A stretch of 64,000 nt of DNA from Azolla caroliniana (taxonomy: Eukaryota > Plantae > Polypodiophyta). Every line of letters starts with the position of its first letter. The first letter of the stretch is position 1. The notes beneath the pieces were generated by a model that saw nothing but the letters and a program-made list of their open reading frames with translations, made no database searches and was not told where the DNA came from. Location: contig JBHGNT010000018.1 of assembly GCA_043228905.1 (NCBI GenBank), positions 7,006,001-7,070,000 of the forward strand, given 5' to 3'. The position numbers and the translations under genes are program-made. Of the stretch, positions 11,743 to 23,400 are shown piece by piece.

Positions 11743-12204
11743 TGTCATGATATGGCAAGACTCGAACCCATGACCTTAGGTTATATGGGTCGAGCTCTTG
11801 ACCATTATATCATCTATTGTAATACGTAAGATATTATTTTCATTTACATTTTATTATAGGAAATTAATGTATATTCCAGATTTCTCTGGAACATTCTAGA
11901 AGCTTCAGGATTACTCCTGAGAACACTATAAAAGAGGGCACTAGGCATTATGTTGAACCAAATTGGTTCAACGCCAGTCTTTAGCGTCATAGCCCTTTTG
12001 TACTTACTCTTCTTATAATTTGTAATCTGTTATCATCATCTCTCGTCCTTGCTATCTCTCTCTCTCTCTCTCCTCTGCTCTCTTCCTCTCTCGGGAGTCT
12101 TATGTAGTCCCGTCCCCTTAGTTCTAATAGTACTTCCCTTCTCTAGTACTAATTCTCTCTCTGTTTAGTACTAATCCTATCTCGGTTTAGTACTATTCCT
12201 GATA
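11743..12204 (+). repeat. 5' LTR of chromovirus F
   Basis: TGTCATGATA...TTCCTGATA, homologous to 44322-44770; TATAAA near 11927. Confidence 0.85.
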
Positions 12205-12275
12205 GTTTGAACCAAAATTTCCTTCTGTCTCTCTCCCTTCATACTAATCTCTTATTTCTCTTTTCTTTTCATCCC

Positions 12276-13427
12276 ATGGCCACAGTTAGCGCTCAGGAAT
12301 ATCAATCTATTTTCTCGGAGTTTCAATGCTTGAAAGAGAAGTTCCTTGCTTTGGAACAAGAAAATCAACGGTTGCTGGGGGATCTTCAACAAATCTCCTT
12401 AGAAAAGCAGTAAACGCAACAACAACATGGGGAACTTGCATTACATGTGCAACAACTCGAGGCAACCATCGTAGCGATGCAACAACAAGGCCCCAGAACA
12501 CAAGGGATTCATAAGGAACCCAAGATTGGCCTTCCCACGAAGTTCGATGGAACACGATCTCAGTTTAGAGGGTTCCTTAATCAGGTATGATTAGTTATTC
12601 AAATGCATCCTTCCCGATATCCTACCGATGCATCACGAGTGGGTTTAGTAGGGACGTTGTTAAGTGGCTCAGCGTTGGCATGGTTCGCTCCGCTGTTGGA
12701 AAAGGAGTCTCCATTACTCAACAACTTTGAAGAGTTTATTGGTGAGTTTAAAGCATGCTTTGGGGATACTGACAACATAAGGACCGTGATCAACAAAATC
12801 CAGCGATTACGTCAAGGAGACTGTCCAGCCTCTGCATACGCTGCAGATTTCCGTCTACTTGCCGCTGACATCCCTTGGGATGATCAAGCACTAATGGAGC
12901 AATTTCGTTATGGTTTACGTAACGATGTCAAGGATTTACTCTTGACTTTCCCTGAAGAGCCAAAGTCCTTAACAGAAGCAATCAGTCGCGCGGTAAGATG
13001 TGATAACCGCCTCTTTGAGCGACATTCGGAACGACAACTACAGATGCCGAGGGCAAGATCAGAGCCCACCTACGCCTCAATGGTAGCAAAACCTTTGCCT
13101 AGGGAGTACTATAATGCGCCTCCAGTGAATACTCCGACTCCGATGGAGATTGACACTACACGTCGTCGAGGACCATTATCCGAAGAAGAAAAACAACAAC
13201 GCCGAACAAATCGACTATGTCTCTACTGCGGTGGACCAGGACACATTGCAATCAATTGTCCCCATAGGCCAAGAAGACAGGTAAACCAAATAGTTTCTAG
13301 TTCTAATTGTACTAAACCCGAGCCTATTACAGTAGGGATATCTGATAGTACTAATAGTACTAATAGCCTAGATCTAGCGAACAAATTTGATGTCCTTAGT
13401 CAGTTAGAAGAAGAGTTAAACGACTAA
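12276..13427 (+). pseudogene. Chromovirus F gag, two premature stops
   Basis: MATVSAQEYQ coiled-coil start; capsid-like LLSGSALAWF...LRQG..ASAYAADF; CCHC CLYCGGPGHIAINC. Confidence 0.88.
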
Positions 13428-15386
13428 GTCCAGCCAAAATAGGAGCCGTTTGGTTGGACAACCCTAGACCTGTGTAGCCCATTAGTGGTTCCATTCCCTC
13501 TAAGCAAGTTAGCAATGTGTTCGTAGCCCAAGTAATAGTTAGTACTAAAAGTACCCCTCCAGTACACGTCTTAGCACTTCTAGACTCCGGAGCTAATTCT
13601 AGCTTTATGGATAGGAATTTTGCCCAAGCTCATCAGATATCTCTTAGAAAACTTCCGTGTCCAGCCTCTGTAGTCGTCATTGATGGTCGTCCCATTGCTT
13701 CCGGAAATATCATAGAAGAGTCAGAACCCGTTAATATTGTCCTAGATAACTTAGCATGTGTAGTATCATTTAACATTATTAGTATCCCAGAACATCCCAT
13801 CGTTTTGGGATTACCATGGTTCGAGTTACATAACCTAGACATAGATTGGAGAACAAGAGAAATCCAGTGTCGACAAACCTGAGGATCTACTCAGAAGATT
13901 GCCACCATTTCACGACATCAGTTGCGGGAAGAAGGACGCAAGGAAGAAATGTTTCTCTTCGCAATATCACTAAAACCCTCCGACACCATTAAAGAGGAGT
14001 CCATCGTTCAGCTTCCAAAGAAGTATCATCATTATGCCAATGTATTCGATAAAGTACGAGCCAATACACTTCCTCACCATCGACCATATGATTGCTCCAT
14101 CGATTTACAACCGGGGAAAGAGCCACCATGGGGACCGATCTACAATTTGTCACCAATCGAGCTAGAAGTCCGTCGAGCCTATATAGAGGAGAACTTGGAG
14201 AATGGATTCATTCGACATTCGAAATCTCCAGCCGGCGCACCCATTTTCTTCGTCAAGAAAAAGGATGGCTCACTTCATCTGGTGGTAGATTACCGTGGCT
14301 TGAATAAAGTTACAATCCGCAATAGGTATGCACTTCCCCTTATCTCAAGTCTTTTAGAACGGATCAATGGTGCCAGGTTCTTCACAAAGATCAACTTACG
14401 GGGGGCCTATAACCTCGTACGGATCCGACCAGGAGATGAATGGAAGACTGCATTCCACACTAGATATGGGCACTTCGAGTATACGGTCATGCCGTTTGGC
14501 CTCACTAATGCGCCGGCCGTCTTCCAGCACATGGCAAATGATATATTCCGAGATCTCTTGGATGTGTGTCTGATCATCTACTTGGATGATCTACTGGTTT
14601 ATTCAAAGACCGAAGAAGAGCATTATTCTCATGTACTGTTAGTTCTAAAACGACTTCGAGAACATGGTCTTTACGCAAAGCTAGAAAAATGTAGTTTTGG
14701 GTGCAACCAGGTGGAATTTCTCGGCTATGTCATTTCCTTAGAAGGCATCTCCATGGACCCAACTAAGGTCAAGACGGTGGTAGAATAGTAGGCTCCGCGC
14801 TCGGTGCAGGATGTGCAATGCTTTTTAGGGTTTGCCAATTTTTACCGGAAGTTTATACAAGATTACTCAAAGCTCGTTCTGCCTCTCACATAGCTTACCG
14901 GGAAGGGACAATCGTTCGTTTGGTCTGAAGAAGAAAATATGGCTTTCGAGAGTCTTAAAAAGGCATTTACATTGGCTCCAATTCTAGCTCATGTCTATCC
15001 GGAACTACCATTCATTATCGAAGCTGATGCATCGGATTTCGCATTGGGGAGTATTCTGTCACAACGGGGTCATGATGAGAAGCTACATCCTGTGCCTTTT
15101 CACTCACGCAAGTTTGACGCCGCCGAAATCAATTACGAAATTCATGATAAGGAGCTATTGGCAATAGTGGACTCGTTTATGCAATGGAGGCATTTTTTAG
15201 AGGGATCCTCTCATCAAGTCACCGTATTCAGTGATCATAAAAACCTTGCCTACTTTCAGGATGCTCGAGTGTTAAATCGACGTCAAGCTCGGTGGGCCCA
15301 CTTCCTCACGCGTTTCGACTTCAAAATTACATATCGTCCGGGGAAGCACCAAGGGAAGGCAGATGCATTATCACGACGTTCGTATC

Positions 15387-15779
15387 AGTAGAAAGTAGCG
15401 TGCGGAAGCAAGTATGAAGACCGAACAGAAGATAGAAAACTCAGGTTTAATGGAGAGCTTGAGCTTACGCAGTATACTTGGGAGAGACAGAGAGAGAAAG
15501 AAGAACTATATTCAACAACAAAAGATCTCGATTCACTACTCTATACATATGTGTGTTCCATGAACACTTTTGTACAAGTCCTCGAAGGATTGACCGAAGT
15601 ACTGACCGTACTTCAATGCTCTTTAAGAGCTCCTACACTAATTCCCAAATATATTCCTCATGGAATATCTTTCCTAACGGCCTCCCGGTTTACGCACTCG
15701 GCCTAACCGATCGGTCCCAACCGATCCGGTCCTCGGCTTCTTCAGCCGATCCGGCCGATGTTGAGCTTGTCTCTCAACA
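15387..15779 (-). repeat. 3' LTR of Copia G
   Basis: Direct repeat of 30417-30809 with scattered substitutions. Confidence 0.95.
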
Positions 15780-15849
15780 CTCCCCCTCAAGCTCAACTCG
15801 AGGCTCTTCGAGATCCTCGGGCTCACAGCTCCGGTTCCTCCTGGCTTCA

Positions 15850-15874
15850 GGGTAAAAGCATGCGAGTGGAAACA
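15850..15874 (+). repeat. Left TIR of the Sola-like element
   Basis: 24/25 match to the reverse complement of 25577-25601. Confidence 0.95.
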
Positions 15875-16328
15875 CTATTATAGCTAATTAGCTACTAAAA
15901 TGGCCATAGCTAATTAGCTATTTGTTTAGCTAGTCTTTCTTGTGGGAAAATCAAATATTTGAAAAACTAATTTATGAAAAAACTCAAATATTTGAACTTC
16001 TGTTTCAGACGTAGTGGAACTTGGGGAATATCACCATCATCTAAGGTCGACTTCAATGTCATCAATTTCCTGTTTAGCCTAAGTCTGATTTTGAACGCAG
16101 ATGGAGTACTCAGAGCACGAACGCAGACGTAGCTCCCGCAACAGCAAAAAATCGACATTGCAGATTGAGAGCTACAACACAGAACCCGCTCGATCATCGT
16201 CCAGGTATGTTTCAGTTACAGAAACCCCAAACATTTGTTTTTTCTTTTTGACTACTGTCTGAACTTTGGTGCCGATTCATATTTCCCCAAAATCGAATAG
16301 GGCGAAGTCCTTGGAGTCCCATACAAGG

Positions 16329-18553
16329 ATGTCTCGCAAATCGGGGAGTAGCAACAGGTGTGTTTATATTACTTTTTTTGTGTTTAATCCTGTCTTTAGT
16401 GATTAGGGTTTGTGATTGAAATTTCTGATTAGGGTTTGTGATTGAAATTTCTGATTAGGGTTTTTGATTATAAATTTCTGATTAGAATTTCTGAATAGGG
16501 TTTCTGGTTACAAATTTTGATTACAAATTAGAATTTCTGAATAGGGTTTTTGTTTATAAATTTCTGCTTAGGATTTCTGATTAGGGTTTGTGATTGAAAT
16601 TTTTTATTAGGGTTTCTGATTGAAATTTCTGATTAGGGTTTTTGATTATAAATTTCTGATTAGAATTTCTGAATAAGGTTTCTGGTTACAAACTTCTGAT
16701 TACAGATTTTGATTAGGGTTTCTGATTTCAAACTTCTGATTACAGATTTTGATTAGGGTTTCTGATTTCAAATTTCTGAATACAAATTATGATTAGGGTT
16801 TCTGATTTGCTAAGTTAAAGATTTTGCACCATTTTTGTTGTTGTTGATTGGGGTTTTTGATTCTCACATATTCTGATTTTGCACTATTTCTGATTTCTGA
16901 AATGATATTTCAGATGGCTCGTTCCTCCGTATACGAGAGTGCTAAACTTCGCAAAATTTTGCGAGACAAAGGAGGACTTCCACAACACCTATGGTCTGTC
17001 ACTCGAGGGTGTTGACCCTGCTGTCCTAAGTGATAAATTGATCAGTGATATAGACTGGATGACAGTATATACAGTGCCTAGAGTCAAAGGCAAGGTCAAG
17101 CTGAAGCATGTACGAGCCGACTTGTACGATGACTGCATGAGACTGCACCAGAAAGTTCATCAGGAGATCCCAGTCAACAATGAGTTGTCAGTTTCATTTG
17201 CTAGAGCATTTGCATATGAGTACTGCAAAACAACGAAGGAATCTAGAGACCCTGAAATGTATAGGGTAGCTTGGGCAGTCTATGGTGAGGCATCGGTAAA
17301 AAGATGCCGAAAGATGGGGACCTTGGCACAAAAAATAGACAGATTTTGGAGCATGGCAGCTGTTGATGCAACTGCCGACTCCCAGCAAGACCGGGGGCAT
17401 ACACCACACCGACACCCAAGGAAAGCCAATGTCGATGATACAGGTGAGACATTGGTTAGCTATATGCTAAAAAATGTCCATGAAGCCTGTGAGACATTGG
17501 CATTTTTTAAGACTGATTTAGAGAAAGCCACAATGGCTTCTGCAATGGAGAGCAAAGTTACTTCTGCTGTTACAACAATTAGAAATAAGATTCAGGTAAC
17601 TATTGTTTTGCTGGTATGTGATTGTGTTATAAATAACGGGTAAAATGTGCTAATCAAGCATTATCTGGAATAGGTTGCGCAACAGGAGCTTGAATTAGAG
17701 GGGCCACTGGATCCCCAGCGTAAAATAGAACTGCAAATAGAGATCCAGGTTCTTTCAATGAACCTGGACCTTCTAGGTGTAAATACTGTTGCAGATTACA
17801 ATTTGGATAAGCTTCAAGTAAGTTAACGATTCCTGAGCAAAGTTGGTGTATCTTTCAACAACAAGAATAATTAATCGGTAAATTTCTCTGTTGCGTTGAA
17901 GGAACAATACATTCATCAAGAACAGGTAGTTAGCTGCCTTAAGAAGAAGCTACATTTTGTGGAGGGAATGGTAAGGACCAGACAGGATTTGGACCTGAAC
18001 ATTCTTGCTCCCTTACCAAATGAAGTAGAACCAGAAAATGATTTATTGACAGTTCAAGCACGTTGCATCGCTTGCGGGTTAGGTGTGGAGGACAAAACTG
18101 CGTCTTTGTTGGTTCACCTACAACCATGCAACCACACATACCATCTGCTTTGTTTTCAACATGCCTGTCGAATTAGGCAACGATGTGAAATGCCATGAAA
18201 TAGTGGAAACAACATGTAAAACTGAGGTTCACAACAACAGTGTTTATGAACACTTGATGCAACATTTCTTCGAGTCTCAAGACCTTGATTCCACCCCACC
18301 GAGCCCAACTACTGAAAATGTCCAAACAGATCCCTCTGTACTTGAAAAGCTAGTTCAAGAAACGGCTGATGTGCAATTAGCTGCTGAGGCGATGGGAAGG
18401 TTGTCGGAGGAGGACACACTTGCGCATTGGGTCCTAGAAGCAAGGCTAAATGGGGAACCAACCAGAAAAAGGCTGAAGAAGGGGCCACGATCGGGAACAA
18501 GACCAGTTACTCGGTCAAGGGGCCCAGACGTAGTGGAGCGAAATACTGTTTAG
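16329..18553 (+). CDS. Spliced cargo gene: unknown N-terminal domain, coiled coil, RING-H2-like finger (probable frameshift near 18190)
   Basis: Predicted GT-AG exons 16329-16357, 16914-17595, 17674-17817 and 17902-18198 join in frame (MSRKSGSSNRWLVPPY...KIQ|VAQQEL...DKLQ|EQYIHQ); pattern C-x2-C-x18-C-x-H-x2-H-x2-C-x10-C. Confidence 0.7.
16400..16860 (+). repeat. Degenerate tandem repeat rich in TTAGGGTTT (telo-box complement), inside the cargo-gene intron 16358-16913
   Basis: Recurring GATTAGGGTTT(G/C/T)TGATT..AAATTTCT units. Confidence 0.85.
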
Positions 18554-18802
18554 TTGGATATGATTGTTAGCTTAGGGATTTTGCTAGGGTTTTATGAAGT
18601 TTTACTATCCTGTTGGACAAGTAAAACCTCAGATTGGTTGTTGCTTGATCCACATTATGTAATGGAACTCTATGATGTTTTTCCAAGATAATTTGAAGAG
18701 TGTTGTTCTATGACTGAAACTCTTTGATGTTCAGGATATTGTTTTGTGAGACTAGTAGTTACTTTGTGAGTGTGAATATGTTGGTGTTTTCTGATGTTGC
18801 AG

Positions 18803-19779
18803 AGTCTAAAGGGTTTGATTCTATTGCTCGTAAGGCCAATGGCAGTGTGGATACTGTTGATGTTGCGGCATGTTTAAAGGGCCCCATCTTGAAAGTAGAT
18901 GTAGCAACTGACACAAGTGATCTGGTCACACAAGTTGATCAAGCATGTAGCACGGATGACTTGGTGTTGCAGGTAGATGCAGCATGTGATACCAGTGGAC
19001 TGATATCGAGCAGAACAGTAGCTACATGCACTGAGGTAATCCAAGGATTGATAACTAAGTCGTCAAAACAAGAGCACCAGAATGTGAAGCTAGGCCCAAC
19101 ACAGTCGACTAGGGGTTTAAAGAGGAAAAGGACACCAGTTGTGTCAGCCGAACCTGAGCTGATTGAGATTGATCGTATCCTACCAGAAAATGGTGTAACA
19201 GCGGCTCAGTTTCAGGAATGGAAACCTAAACCACTAGAAGTCGAGCGAAGAGCCTTGATCTTGGAGCTTGATAAAGTCTTGATGAGTGTGAGATATATGC
19301 AACCAAGGAGGGACGCAAATCAGTTTCTAGAGTGGGCTGTGGAGTACTTCGATTTGTTTATTTGGAGTGAAAAACCAAAATCAGATGTGTGGAAGTGTTT
19401 GGCAAGATTCTTCCCAAAATGGCGAAGTCGTTTTAAAGGTCAATGGGCACGAGAAAATTGTGAGCAGATGGAAGCTGCAAGATTCAAGAGGCTTTCTGAT
19501 TTTTGGGCTACTTGGCCTGAATATAATGCTGACAATACATTGATTTTGGATACATAACATTTCCGACACTACTTCAATATTCGGAGATGCTGTCTCATTC
19601 TACCCGAGGAAATGCCTGAACAGTACCTGGTGCAAACAGTGAGCTGCCAACTAGGTGCATGGTTGTGGACTCCATACCGAGCTCAATATGCGGATAATAT
19701 ATGTAGACTCGTTCCACTGACTAGCAAGAGCTTAGCTGTTTATAGGAGATTTGTAGACATTTCCAATGGTAATTTATAA
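18803..19779 (+). CDS. FCP1/SCP(NIF)-like HAD phosphatase domain protein with degenerate catalytic motif and one internal stop (19555-19557)
   Basis: RRALILELDKVL...PRRDANQFLEWAVEYFDLFIWS...WARENC...FKRLSDFW...YNADNTLILDT follows the FCP1-homology pattern; frame stays open 73 codons past the TAA; acceptor-like TTGCAG at 18797-18802. Confidence 0.65.
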
Positions 19780-19909
19780 ATATGTAAAGAGATGACATTA
19801 TTCAATGAAGAATTTAATTACTTGTTCCCACTGTACTTATCTACTGTGTAATTTGAGGAATATGTTGCAGATTGTTGATTTCATTCTATTGATGACTATT
19901 TAGCTATTG

Positions 19910-20416
19910 ACAGCTAATTAGCTGCATTTGTACAGCTAATTAGCTACTGATGACTATTTCGCTATAACTTATAACTTAAAACTTAACAAAAAAGACATGA
20001 TTTTATTGAGAAAGAAGCACAGAAAGCAGACTGTATACAAGAAATTGATTCCAAACGAATTTATTGATCTGTTTTCGCGAAATACATGTTTGTTTTACAA
20101 GAGAACATGGTAAGTGCTACTTGTAGCTACAAATTCCATGGCATACTATTGTAAATACATTTGTACAGCTAATTAGCTGCATTTGTATAGCTAATTAGCT
20201 ACTGATGACTATTTCGCTATAACTTATAACTTAAAACTTAACAAAAAAGACATGATTTTATTGAGAAAGAAGCACAGAAAGCAGACTGTATACAAGAAAT
20301 TGATTCCAAACGAATTTATTGATCTGTTTTCGCGAAATACATGTTTGTTTTACAAGAGAACATGGTAAGTGGTACTTGTAGCTACAAATTCCATGGCATA
20401 CTATTGTAAATACATT
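19910..20416. repeat. 255-bp tandem duplication covering the transposase stop codon and 3' UTR
   Basis: 19910-20161 repeated at 20165-20416 with very few substitutions. Confidence 0.92.
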
Positions 20417-23400
20417 CATACACATTAGCACCAACAGTGTATAAACCGGAGCAGCTATTGTATTCTGACATTGGGACGTTGATGCATCTGACCAAATGAG
20501 AGTACATATACGCCGCTGGTTTGTCTTCTAACAGCCTGTACACATATTCGTAGTCATCTAGTTTTGCATAAAAAATGCCTTCGATGTAGAATGTCCCGGC
20601 AGATACAAAATTTCCCCATGCATCTACAATATTCTGCCTTGCACACTGTTTACTAACCGTGCACTTTAATATATAGAAATCAACACCCTCTGAATTGCCT
20701 TCTTCAGCATTTACAGCGAAGTTATCCCCAACGTTCAGGACATCACTCAAAGTATCTCCAAGTCCCTCATATGTGAAGTCAGCATTCTGCCCTGTTTCTC
20801 CATCAACTGCTTCCTTATCATTCAGAGTGTGATACTCCCAATTCTGAATGTATGCTTTGTTTAGACAATATCTCCAATTTCCCTGCACACAATGGAAGCA
20901 AAAACAAGTCAATTCTCTAACCGCAATACAATGACCATCCAACCTGGAATAACCGCGAACAGCATGCAGAGATCGCAATTCGGGAATTCCTTGGCACTCC
21001 CAGGTCTTCTCCCTATTTACTTCATCTATCTTCACTTCCCAAAATTCACGTTTGATATCTCGAACTTGCGAGGAATAAACACCTGTGGCACTCGTCGACA
21101 TATTTGTTCTTAAAAATTCAACTACATGTGATGCACAATTCATGTGCACACCATCTGTCTTTAGTTGTTCATGGGTAAGTGCCCGCTTTATAACAGCCCC
21201 TGCACCATCATGTTCACCTTTACCATGGCCAGACCCAAAAAAATTCCATCTCATCTCCAAACCTGTTATAGCAGGATACCTCCCCACAAAATAAAATGGA
21301 CGTCGAGCCTTGAATTGTGACGCAGCTCCGTCAGACCAAACCCAATGTTGAGTAAGCTCCAAACGTTGAGCTAATAACCACTGCCAATGTAACTTAAAAC
21401 AGTGTTGGACGAACAAGGTATCATGCTTCTTATCATCGGAAATAAAGAAATGAATTACTTTTTTAACATCACCTGAAACTCGAAAATATGTTATGTGCAC
21501 AAAAATGGTTACCTGAACTGAACACCAATGCATAGATTGAATTTCATTCTGCTGCTTGAAAGTATAATTCTCTGCGAAATCTACTACTGAGACTACTACA
21601 TCATTTGGGAAATCAGATATGCAAGTCTTAAACTGATGGGCCTGCCATGAATAAATGAAGTTGTGTTTAATGAACTTTCCTAGAGATACTACAAACAGAG
21701 ACACCAAATCCCTTGGTTTAAGCATCTTCCGAACTAGATCCTTTCTTTTACACACCTTTCCTTCGAAATTGGTGTTCACTGACTCAAATAACTTCACAGA
21801 GATCAATATTTCACTACTCAATTCATTTGGACACCACCTAAATCTAGTAGGGCCATAATCTTGACATAAACCCATGACACATTTATGAATATGGAAGATA
21901 GCGTCAGATTCTCTCGGACACAATATTGAATCTAATAAATAACTCATGGAAGAGATAACGTGCTCAGATGATTTACACTCCTCTTGCGGGCTTGATCGAC
22001 AGATTGGGCACCCACATGTGCAAACTGTATTAGTTAGGGATGCGCTATGGTGACGTAGTAGATTAACAGAGTCCTTCAGAAAACCCATCTGTACATGGTA
22101 AATGCAACAACATGTGTATCGATCCTTTAAGCGTCTCACAAAGTGTGGCTTAAGAGACTCGAATGTTCGTAGTTGAACTTTGATAGTTGGATGCATTCGT
22201 TTGAACCTAATAAATAAATCGACCTGCGTAATAAAGGGGAATTAGTTATTCTCGTAACTAGCTAACTATCCTAGTAGCTAATTAGCTATTCTAGTAGCTA
22301 GTTAGCTATTCTAGTAGCTAGTTAGCTATTCTAGTAGCTAATTAGCTATCATGGTAGCTAATTAGCTGTCCTAGTAGCTAATTAGCTGTCCTAGTAGCTA
22401 ATTAGCTATCATGGTAGTTAATTAGCTGTCGTAGTAGCTAATTAGCTATCATGGTAGCTAATTAGCTATTCTAGTAGCTAATTAGCTATCATGGTAGCTA
22501 ATTAGCTGTCGTAGTAGCTAATTAGCTATCATGGTAGCTAATTAGCTGTCCTAGTAGCTAATTGGCTGTCCTAGTAGCTAATTAGCTATCATGGTAGCTA
22601 ATTAGCTGTCGTAGTAGCTAATTAGCTATCATGGTAGCTAATTAGCTATTCTAGTAGCTAATTAGCTATCATGGTAGCTAATTAGCTGTCGTAGTAGCTA
22701 ATTAGCTATCATGGTAGCTAATTAGCTGTCCTAGTAGCTAATTAGTTGTCCTAGTAGCTAATTAGCTATCATGGTAGCTAATTAGCTGCTCTAGTAGCTA
22801 ATTAGCTATCATGGTGGCTAATTAGCTTTCCTAGTAACTAATTAGCTATCATGGTAGCAAATTAGCTTGTCTAGTAGCTAATTAGCTATCATGGTGGCTA
22901 ATTAGCTTTCCTAGTAACTAATTAGCTATCATGGTAGCTAATTAGCTGGTCTAGTAGCTAATTAGCTATCGTGGTAGCTAATTAGCTGGTCTAGTAGCTA
23001 ATTAGCTATAATGGTGGCTGATTAGCTTTCCTAGTAACTAATTAGCTATCATGGTAGCTAATTAGCTAGTATAGTAGCTAATTAGCTATCATGGTAGCTA
23101 ATTAGCTATCACGGTGGCTAATTAGCTGTCCTAGTAACTAATTAGCTATCATGGTAGCTAATTAGCTGGTCTAGTAGCTAATTAGCTATAATGGTGGCTA
23201 ATTAGCTATCCTAACTAATTAGCTATCATGGTAGTAGCTATTGAGAGTAGCTAGTTACCTATGTAGTAGCTATCATAGTAGCTAATTAGCTATCATGGTA
23301 GCTAATTAGCTTTCCTAGTAGCTAATTAGCTGGTAATAACGAAATAGCTAACTAGCTACCATGATAGCTAACTGAGCTAATTAACTTTCCGAGTAGAGTC

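Noticed and set aside
11743-11820. Functional tRNA gene
   Set aside because: No convincing acceptor or anticodon stems; reported only as a tRNA-like promoter cassette.
16400-16860. Interstitial telomere or chromosome-fusion scar
   Set aside because: The motifs are dispersed within longer units in a predicted intron, not contiguous TTTAGGG arrays.
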